Shown here piece after piece: positions 1-6,629 of a DNA stretch of 32,000 bases. The position numbers were made by a program, and so were the translations under genes. Origin of the DNA: Ktedonobacterales bacterium (GTDB taxonomy: Bacteria; Chloroflexota; Ktedonobacteria; Ktedonobacterales; JADMIN01); NCBI GenBank assembly GCA_030167145.1, contig CP126532.1, positions 4,290,001 through 4,322,000 of the forward strand, read 5' to 3'. The notes beneath the pieces are model-generated. The model saw only the letters and a program-made list of their open reading frames with translations. It was not told the origin of the DNA and did no database searches. Within the stretch, counting starts at the first letter, position 1, and each line of letters opens with the position of its first letter.

Positions 1-1
1 A

Positions 2-922
2 TTGGCCTTCGTAAGGGTCGAGCATGGCGGCGGTCTGCGCGCCCAATGCGCCATCCATGAAGAGCTTGATACCGGCGAAGCGCAGGTAGTCGTCGCCGAA
101 ACCTGCTTGCAGGCCGAGCCGGACGGCATCGGCGAGCGATTGGCGGGGGATGTAGAGCAGCATACGCGGGCTGAGCGCGCCTTCGCGGTGGAGGCGCTGC
201 ATCAGGCGGAGGCTGCGGTCGCCCTCGATGTTGTGGACGCCGGTGACGCCACGGGCGCGCAGTTCGGCCAGCACGCGGCGCAGTTCGGCCAGCACGGTGT
301 CGTCGTCGGGTGGGACGATGACCTGCTCGACGAGATCGGTGGCGTCCTCGAAGAGCATGCCGTCTGGCTCGCCGTCGGGTCCGCGTCCTATACGCCCGGC
401 GGGCGGGTCGGGGGTGGTGGCGTCTATATTCGCGGCGCGCAGGGCGGCGGAGTTGACCCAGAGGGCGTGATAGGAGTGGTCGCGCAGGGCGACGGGGTGC
501 TTGGGGGCAGCGACATCGAGGCTGGCTTTGGTGGGGAATGCGCCGCCGGGCCAGTGGTTCTTGTTCCAGCTATGGCCCTGTATCCATGCGCCGTTGGGGG
601 TATGTTCCGCGCGCTGGCGCACACGGGCGGCAGCTTCGTCTTCGGAGGGAATGGCGCGCAGGTCTACGGAGATGCGGCCTTCGGCGTACATCATCAGGTG
701 GGTGTGGGCGTCTATGAAGCCGGGGAGGACGGTCTTGCCGCCGAGGTTGAGGGTGTCGGTGAGGGGGCCGGCGAAGGCGCGGATGTCGGCGTCGTCGCCC
801 ACGGCAAGGATGCGCCCGGAGGAGCGGTCCACGGCGAGCGCGGTGGCGCGCGGCTGGTCGGGGTTCATCGTGTGGATGGAGCCGCTGAGCAGCAAGAGGA
901 TGGGGCGGCGACCGGTGAGCAT
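2..922 (-). CDS. amidohydrolase-family metal-dependent hydrolase (YtcJ / amidohydrolase-3-like); C-terminus runs off the left window edge
   Basis: This gene is absent from the supplied ORF track because it has no stop inside the window. My own minus-strand translation from ATG 922-920 gives MLTGRRPILLLLSGSIHTMNPDQPRATALAVDRSSGRILAVGDDADI...GKTVLPGFIDAHTHLMMY...KLFMDGALGAQTAAMLDPYEGQ. GFIDAHTH is the HxH metal-ligand motif of the amidohydrolase superfamily, and F-x-DGALG-x-x-TA-x-L-x-PY is typical of the YtcJ-like subgroup. The plus-strand ORF 2..982 is its antisense shadow. Confidence 0.85.
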   Translation of the reverse strand, partial: MLTGRRPILLLLSGSIHTMNPDQPRATALAVDRSSGRILAVGDDADIRAFAGPLTDTLNLGGKTVLPGFIDAHTHLMMYAEGRISVDLRAIPSEDEAAARVRQRAEHTPNGAWIQGHSWNKNHWPGGAFPTKASLDVAAPKHPVALRDHSYHALWVNSAALRAANIDATTPDPPAGRIGRGPDGEPDGMLFEDATDLVEQVIVPPDDDTVLAELRRVLAELRARGVTGVHNIEGDRSLRLMQRLHREGALSPRMLLYIPRQSLADAVRLGLQAGFGDDYLRFAGIKLFMDGALGAQTAAMLDPYEGQ

Positions 923-1177
923 GGTGATGACGCTGGCTTTCTTGGCGCGCCGCGTGGGCGGCGCTCAGACACTTCGGGGTGAGCATATTCTACCGTATGA
1001 ATAGGTCCCGGCCAATGTGCGGAGAGAGCGGGAGCAAAAAGGGTGGTTGCATGCGAACGGGCGTCCGCCGGATTGTGCGGGCGTCCGCCGGACGCCCCTA
1101 CGAACGTGGGGACGTGGTGGACAACTGCCCTCGCTTTCTTGCGCGGGTTGGGGGCGCATGTTACACTGGGCGGCAGT

Positions 1178-2500
1178 ATGCTGGGCAAGGTGGAGGCGAA
1201 TCATCCGATGTGGAGCGCGTATCTGAAGATGAGTCCGGTGCGTGTGGCGGCGACACGCACACTCGGCACGGTTTCGCGCCGTGCGTATTACGGGCCGCTG
1301 GCGCCGCTGCGCGCGGGCAGAATCCGCAAGGCGACGCCGCCCGGCAGGCGATGGGTGCGGGTGCGCAACAGTGTGGCGGGGATCGCGGGCGCGGATGTGG
1401 CGCGGGTATATCTGGACGAGGATGGGCGCATTGCGTTGGCGGCGCTGCCCCGGCAGAAGCGCATCTACCTGGGGAGCGAGGTGGCGGGCGAGGTGGTGGA
1501 TGTGGGGCCGGAGGTGGAGTTCTTGCGCGTGGGCGACCGTGTGGCGTATCAACTGGACGTGTGCTGCGCGACGCGGGATATCGAGCCGCCGTGTGAGCAG
1601 TGCGCGGCGGGGAACTATCGTCTCTGTGCGAATCGCTATATGTCTGGGCCGCGCGGGGTGGGCGGTGGCTGGGGTGATGAAATGCTGCTGCATGAGCGGC
1701 AGCTTTTTCTCGTGCCAGACACGCTGGCGGATGAGCAGGCAGCGCTGCTGGAACCAGCGGCGATGGCGCTGCATACGGCGCTGCACCATCTACCACAGCC
1801 AGGCGAGCAGGTGCTGGTGATCGGCGCGGGCACGACGGGCCTGCTGACGATTCAGGCGCTGCGGGTGCTGGCGCCCAGCGCGACGATTGCCGTGCTGGCG
1901 CGGTATCCGTTCCAGGCGAAGATGGCGTGGCAGATGGGGGCGAGCGCACTGCTGGACCCGAAGAAGGACACGGAGGATGTGGTGTCCGCGACGGGCGCAC
2001 AGCATCTGAAGGGGCGTGGCGGCGCGGAGATGGTGATGGGTGGCTTCGATGCGGTCTACGATACGGTGGGCAGTGCGGAGACGCTGGAACGGGCGTTGCG
2101 CTGGGTGCGAGCGGGGGGCGTGGTGGTGCAGGCGGGGATGCATCAGGCGCGGGTACGTGTGGATCTGACGCCGATCTGGCAATCGGGCATTCGGGTTATT
2201 GGCGCGGGTGGGCCAGGGGCGGAGAGCTGGCCGGGGGGCGAGGGGTTGGCGGACTGGAGCGGGAGCAGTGGTGGGCGGGTTTCGACGTTTGCTCTGGCGG
2301 CGGAATTAATGCGCGAGGGAAAGCTGACGCCGGAACTGCTTGTTACCCATCGGTTTCCGCTGCGCGAGTTGCGGCGGGCAGTTGCTACGGCGCGGAACAA
2401 GGCGGAGCATCAGGCGATCAAGGTGCTGCTCGATATTCGCAGTGTGGCGGGATCGGTGACGCACACGACGCTGGCGCCCAGGCGCTCGACGCTGGCGTAG
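1178..2500 (+). CDS. medium-chain dehydrogenase/reductase (zinc-type alcohol dehydrogenase family) protein
   Basis: Derived from ORF 1043..2500. It has a GroES-like N-domain (LGSEVAGEVVDVGPEVEFLRVGDRVA), a Cys cluster (CEQCAAGNYRLC) and a Rossmann GxGxxG motif (VLVIGAGTTGLL). The start is uncertain. I chose ATG 1178 (MLGKVEANH...) because the first 45 codons of the track ORF are Arg/Ala-rich and lie in the divergent promoter region. Confidence 0.8.
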   Translation: MLGKVEANHPMWSAYLKMSPVRVAATRTLGTVSRRAYYGPLAPLRAGRIRKATPPGRRWVRVRNSVAGIAGADVARVYLDEDGRIALAALPRQKRIYLGSEVAGEVVDVGPEVEFLRVGDRVAYQLDVCCATRDIEPPCEQCAAGNYRLCANRYMSGPRGVGGGWGDEMLLHERQLFLVPDTLADEQAALLEPAAMALHTALHHLPQPGEQVLVIGAGTTGLLTIQALRVLAPSATIAVLARYPFQAKMAWQMGASALLDPKKDTEDVVSATGAQHLKGRGGAEMVMGGFDAVYDTVGSAETLERALRWVRAGGVVVQAGMHQARVRVDLTPIWQSGIRVIGAGGPGAESWPGGEGLADWSGSSGGRVSTFALAAELMREGKLTPELLVTHRFPLRELRRAVATARNKAEHQAIKVLLDIRSVAGSVTHTTLAPRRSTLA

Positions 2501-2665
2501 ATGTGTGGCATGCGGATGGACGTCGCGGCCATGATGCTGTGTAACCCCTGCGTCGGGTGATGATCGCGCTGTGCAGAAGCATCGCTCCGATGTCTGGCAG
2601 GGCACGCTGGCTCACCCTTCGAGTACGCGGCTAACGAGTGCAAAGAGCATCATGACCGCGATTCG

Positions 2666-4705
2666 CTACTTCTCCGCTTTCTGCTTGTTGTAGGCCTCTA
2701 CTACCTGCTGCTGAACGTGGCTGGGCACCTCTTCGTAGGAGGCAAGCTCCATCGTGAAGGTGCCACGTCCCTGGGTGATGGAGCGCAGGTCGGTGGCGTA
2801 GTGCAGCAATTCGGCCATCGGCGCTTGCGCGGTGATGCGCTGGATGCCGCCGGACGCCGACTCCATGCCCATAATGCGCGCCCGTTTGGTATTGAGATCG
2901 GAGTTCACGTCGCCCATGTTGGCTTCCGGCACCTCGATGGTCACATTCATGATCGGCTCCAACAGCACCGGACCCGCCTGCGCTACCGCCTCTTTCATGC
3001 CGATGTGCGCGGCGGTCTCGAACGCCTGCGAGGACGAGTCTACCGGGTGGTATTTGCCGTCCACCAGGGCCACGCGCACATGCACCATCGGGCAACCCGC
3101 GATGAAGCCCAGCTTGAGCGATTCGGCGACACCCTTCTCGACGCCTGGCACGTATTCCCGCGGCACCACGCCGCCGACAATCTTGTTCTCGAAGACGTAG
3201 TTTTGTTCGCTACCCGTCAGCGGCTCAATCTCCAGCCAGATGTCGGCGAACTGACCGTGGCCGCCGGTCTGCTTCTTGTGGCGTCCCTCGGCGCGGGCCT
3301 TTTTCTTGATCGTCTCGCGGTACGGCACGCGCCGCTCCTGCTTCAGCACCTCGACGCCGAAGCGGCGCTGGAGCCGCTCGATGGCGATGTCCACGTGCGA
3401 TTCGCCCATACCGGCGAGCAGTGTCTCGGCGGTTTCGGGGTCGCGCGAGACCACCAGCGTCGGATCCTCTTCGGTGAGCCGTGCCAGTGCGACGCTCATC
3501 TTATCCAGGTCGCTCTGCGTCTTGGCGGCGACGGCGGCAGTGAAGACCGGCTTGGGCGTCTGGATCGGCGGCAGTGCGGGCGCATCCTTGGCGGCGAGGG
3601 TGTCGCCGGTGTGGGTCTTGCTCAGCTTCACCACCATGCCGATGTCGCCAGCGGGTACTTCCGGCGTTGGCTCTTGCTGCTTGCCGCGCACCGAAAGAAT
3701 CTGGCCCAGCCGCTCATCGGTGTTCGTGCTGACGTTGAAGGCGTGAGCATCGGATTTGAGGCTGCCGCTATAGACACGGAAGTAGGTCTGCTGGCCCTTC
3801 TGCGGGTCTACGATGGTCTTGAAGACGAAGGCGGCGGGCGCATCGCTTTGCGTGCCGGTGGAGCGCGCGGCGGCGCTGGGCGCGTAGTCCACCAGCGCAT
3901 CGAGCAGCGGTTGGATGCCGATGTTCTTCGCCGTGGAACCAGCCAGCACCGGCACCAGTTCATTGGCGGCGACACCGGCAGCGATAGCCTTGCGTAGCTC
4001 AGCTTCGCTCAGATCTTCGCCTTCCAGATACTTCGCCATCAGGTCGTCGTCGCTCTCCACGGCGGTCTCGACGAGCATATCGCGGAGCCGCGCGACACTC
4101 TCGCTCATGCTGGCGGGTAGCTCGCCTGGGGTGGCTTTGTCGCCGCTGAAGGCTTTGCCGGAGACGAGGTCCACTACGCCGGAGAGATTGGCCTGCTCGC
4201 CCAGGGGAATCGTTAGCGGGACGACGCGCGTGCCGAAGAGGCCGCGCAGGGCGTCGAGGGTGCGTTCGTAGCTGGAGTTTTCGCGGTCGAGCTTGTTGAC
4301 GAAGATCAGGCGGGGCAGGTCGTGGGCGTTGGCATAGCGCCAGGCCAGCTCGGTGCCGACTTCGACGCCCTTATCGGCGGTGGCGACGATGACGGCGGCG
4401 TCGGCCACGCGCAGCCCGGCCATCACCTCGCCCACGAAGTCGGCATAGCCGGGGGTATCGAGCAAGTTGATCTTGGTGTTGCGCCATTCGAGCGGCGCCA
4501 CCGTCAGATTGATGGACATGCGGCGCTTGATTTCGTCGGGGTCGTAGTCGGAGACCGAACTGCCTTCATCCACCTTGCCGATACGGGTGCCGATGCCTGC
4601 GTCAAAGAGCGCCGCATCCACCAGCGAAGTCTTGCCGGAACCGCCGTGCGCGATCAGGGCGATGTTACGAATCTGCTCCGCGCGATAGACGTTCATACGC
4701 GACAT
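2666..4705 (-). CDS. fusA: elongation factor G family translational GTPase (EF-G2-like paralogue)
   Basis: A 679-aa ORF with G1 AHGGSGKT, G3 DTPGYADF and G4 NKLD motifs. EF-G domains II-V are recognisable (GESHVDIAIERLQRRFGVEV, EPIMNVTIEVPE). It is not in an str-operon context (no rpsL/rpsG/tuf nearby). Confidence 0.93.
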   Translation of the reverse strand: MSRMNVYRAEQIRNIALIAHGGSGKTSLVDAALFDAGIGTRIGKVDEGSSVSDYDPDEIKRRMSINLTVAPLEWRNTKINLLDTPGYADFVGEVMAGLRVADAAVIVATADKGVEVGTELAWRYANAHDLPRLIFVNKLDRENSSYERTLDALRGLFGTRVVPLTIPLGEQANLSGVVDLVSGKAFSGDKATPGELPASMSESVARLRDMLVETAVESDDDLMAKYLEGEDLSEAELRKAIAAGVAANELVPVLAGSTAKNIGIQPLLDALVDYAPSAAARSTGTQSDAPAAFVFKTIVDPQKGQQTYFRVYSGSLKSDAHAFNVSTNTDERLGQILSVRGKQQEPTPEVPAGDIGMVVKLSKTHTGDTLAAKDAPALPPIQTPKPVFTAAVAAKTQSDLDKMSVALARLTEEDPTLVVSRDPETAETLLAGMGESHVDIAIERLQRRFGVEVLKQERRVPYRETIKKKARAEGRHKKQTGGHGQFADIWLEIEPLTGSEQNYVFENKIVGGVVPREYVPGVEKGVAESLKLGFIAGCPMVHVRVALVDGKYHPVDSSSQAFETAAHIGMKEAVAQAGPVLLEPIMNVTIEVPEANMGDVNSDLNTKRARIMGMESASGGIQRITAQAPMAELLHYATDLRSITQGRGTFTMELASYEEVPSHVQQQVVEAYNKQKAEK

Positions 4706-4730
4706 GGTCCTTTCTCTCGAAGTCTCAACC

Positions 4731-4861
4731 GAACCTCTCTCCCGGCCCCTCTCCTACAAGGCGAGGGGTGAAGAGAGAGTCTCGCCCATTCCGTATCGTC
4801 CGCTCCCTTTCCCTCGTAGGGGAACAGGCCCCCAGTGGGGAACCCCGGGCCGGGGGTTAGG
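4731..4861 (-). repeat. structured intergenic repeat, family 1 copy (CCTAACCCCCGGCCC...GAGGGAA.GGGAGC), between glyA stop and EF-G start
   Basis: Read on the minus strand, the element starts 4 nt after the glyA stop: CCTAACCCCCGGCCCGGGGTTCCCC...TTCCCCTACGAGGGAAAGGGAGC...CTCTCTTCACCCCTCGCCTTGTAGGAGAGGGGCCGGGAGAGAG. It shares the 15-nt head and the GAGGGAA-GGGAGC core with 15040..15117 and contains nested hairpins. Confidence 0.7.
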
Positions 4862-4865
4862 TTGT

Positions 4866-6152
4866 TCAGCCGGTGGTGACGACGCCCTCCGCCAGATGCG
4901 GCGTGAGGTGAACGCCCGGCAGCGGGAAGCGCGTGGCGAGGGCGATGGCGCGCTCACGTGTGGCGGCGACGCTCGCCGGATCGTCGCGCGTGGTGATCGC
5001 CTCGTGAATCAGCGCGGCGACCTCGCGCATCTCAGCCTCACCGAAGCCGCGGGTCGTGACGGCGGGCGTGCCCAGCCGGATGCCGCTGGTGCGCACCGGC
5101 GGCTCTGGATCGAAGGGGATGCCGTTCTTGTTGGCGGTGATGTGAACCGCTTCCAGCGCCACTTCGGCATCGCGTCCGGTGACATGCAGCGGGCGCACAT
5201 CCACCAGCATCAGGTGATTATCCGTGCCGCCGCTGACCAGCCGGAAGCCGTGCTCTTGCAGCGCGGTGGCCAGCGTCTGGGCGTTGTCTACGACACGCTG
5301 TTGATAGACGGCGAACTCAGGGGTGAGCGCTTCCTTGAAGGCGACGGCTTTGGCGGCGATGGTGTGCATCAGCGGGCCGCCTTGCGTGCCAGGGAAGACG
5401 CCCTTGTCAATCTTGGCGGCGAGGTCGGCGGTGCAGAGGATCAGCGCGCCGCGCGGGCCACGCAGCGTCTTATGCGTGGTGGTGGTGATGACGTGGCAGT
5501 AGGGCACGGGATCGGGATACAGCCCGACGGCGACGAGTCCGGCGACGTGCGCGATGTCGGCCATGAGCAGCGCGCCCACGCTATCGGCGATCTGGCGGAA
5601 GCGCGCGAAGTCGAGTTTGCGTGGGTAGGCGGAGAAGCCCGCGACGATCAGCTTCGGCTGGTGTTCATGGGCCAGCCGCTCTAGCTCATCGTAGTCTATG
5701 GTTTCGGTCTCGCGGCTGACGCCATACGAAACGAAGTGGTAGAGCTTGCCGGAGAAGTTGACCTTCGCGCCGTGGGTGAGGTGGCCGCCCTGGTCCAGCG
5801 CCATGCCCAGCACCGTATCGCCCGGCTGAAGCAGCGCGAGGTAGACGGCGGCGTTGGCCTGCGCGCCGGAGTGCGGCTGGACGTTGGCGTGTTCCGCGCC
5901 GAAGAGTTGCTTGGCGCGCTCGATGGCCAGATTTTCGGCCTGGTCCACGAATTCGCAGCCGCCGTAGTAGCGTTTGCCGGGGAGGCCCTCGGCGTACTTG
6001 TTGGTCATCATGTTGGCCATCGTCTCGGCGACGGCGGCGCTGACGTAGTTTTCCGAGGCGATGAGTTCGATGCCCTCGAACTGCCGGAGTTCTTCGCGCC
6101 GAATGATGTCGGCGATCTCCGGGTCGGTGGCTTCCAGGTGGCGCATATCCAT
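4866..6152 (-). CDS. glyA: serine hydroxymethyltransferase
   Basis: SHMT hallmarks are present: ELIASENY and the PLP-lysine segment [16 protein letters not shown] moved the start to ATG 6152 ([13 protein letters not shown]...), which has GGAGAG 7 nt upstream. The 99 extra N-terminal codons of track ORF 4866..6449 are not SHMT-like. Confidence 0.96.
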   Translation of the reverse strand: MDMRHLEATDPEIADIIRREELRQFEGIELIASENYVSAAVAETMANMMTNKYAEGLPGKRYYGGCEFVDQAENLAIERAKQLFGAEHANVQPHSGAQANAAVYLALLQPGDTVLGMALDQGGHLTHGAKVNFSGKLYHFVSYGVSRETETIDYDELERLAHEHQPKLIVAGFSAYPRKLDFARFRQIADSVGALLMADIAHVAGLVAVGLYPDPVPYCHVITTTTHKTLRGPRGALILCTADLAAKIDKGVFPGTQGGPLMHTIAAKAVAFKEALTPEFAVYQQRVVDNAQTLATALQEHGFRLVSGGTDNHLMLVDVRPLHVTGRDAEVALEAVHITANKNGIPFDPEPPVRTSGIRLGTPAVTTRGFGEAEMREVAALIHEAITTRDDPASVAATRERAIALATRFPLPGVHLTPHLAEGVVTTG

Positions 6153-6279
6153 AGGGTGGCTCTCCGGTTCGAAAAGCCGCGTTGCGCCGGTTGCCTGCCG
6201 GCGGGCGGCGAGACACGCACGATAGCCGCGCGCTGGCGGCGCAAGCGCCCTGGCGTGCGGGCGCATCGTGGTAGCACCT

Positions 6280-6288
6280 AGTATATCA
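6280..6288 (-). promoter_or_regulatory. putative extended -10 promoter element (TGATATACT) for glyA
   Basis: The minus strand reads ...ggaTGATATACTaggtgc..., about 130 nt upstream of the glyA ATG. It fits the TGnTATAAT extended -10 pattern. There is no good -35 element. Confidence 0.35.
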
Positions 6289-6573
6289 TCCCATGGCGTG
6301 CGAGGGCTGCGACAGAACGTGGGGATGGTTGCGTGGTCGGTGCGCCTGATATTGCCGAATTGCGCGTCGGGGGTATGGATGGGTGCTCCACAAGTGGCCG
6401 GAGTGGCCGCAACCTCGGCCATACATGGCCGGAACACAGAGGTGGTCAACCGACTGTCTACGAACCGTGGAATATTGATGAAGGCGATCTGAAGCCGCTG
6501 GCTTTTGCGTATCAGACGCCAGACGCCTGAGTTGGCCTAGATTGCTGCTCATTCGCATCTTTAGAGAAAGTCG

Positions 6574-6610
6574 GGATGCCAGCCAGCGCCTCGGGCACTG
6601 ACTGGCATCC
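6574..6610 (-). terminator. putative intrinsic terminator downstream of the PBP gene
   Basis: A 9-bp stem GGATGCCAG/CTGGCATCC (6574-6582 and 6602-6610) lies about 20 nt after the PBP stop on the minus strand. It is followed by CGACTTTCTCT, a weak U-tract. Confidence 0.45.
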
Positions 6611-6629
6611 GTGGCATACAGATAGGTTG

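Noticed and set aside
2-982. A 326-aa plus-strand ORF at the left edge (MAFVRVEHGGGLRAQ...).
   Set aside because: It is the antisense shadow of the amidohydrolase gene. The minus strand in this region translates to clear amidohydrolase motifs (GFIDAHTH, FMDGALG). The plus-strand product is Gly/Ala/Val-rich with no recognisable motif.
2717-3997. A 426-aa plus-strand ORF, plus the nested ORFs 2832..3200, 3276..3746 and 3915..4271.
   Set aside because: They lie entirely antisense to the EF-G gene, whose identity is unambiguous. Their composition (Arg/Gly/Leu/His-rich) is typical of high-GC antisense frames.
6153-6290. I considered a ZTP (pfl), THF or glycine riboswitch, or a T-box, in the glyA leader.
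   Set aside because: I could not find the conserved cores, for example ZTP GACUGGCG...CCGCCUGGGC. Only loose resemblances such as CGCCAGGG appear. The leader is left as an unexplained structure, not called as a riboswitch.
6153-6449. A 99-codon N-terminal extension of glyA in track ORF 4866..6449.
   Set aside because: The SHMT homology starts at [13 protein letters not shown] (ATG 6152), which has an SD upstream. The extension is Arg/Ala/Pro-rich and overlaps the predicted promoter and leader.
6561-6575. AGAGAAAGTCGGG resembles the RNase P RNA GGAAAGUCCGG core. I also looked in the large spacers for SRP RNA, tmRNA and 6S signatures.
   Set aside because: It is an isolated short match with none of the surrounding conserved helices. 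I found no SRP (GGAAGCAGC) or tmRNA (tRNA-like end) signatures.
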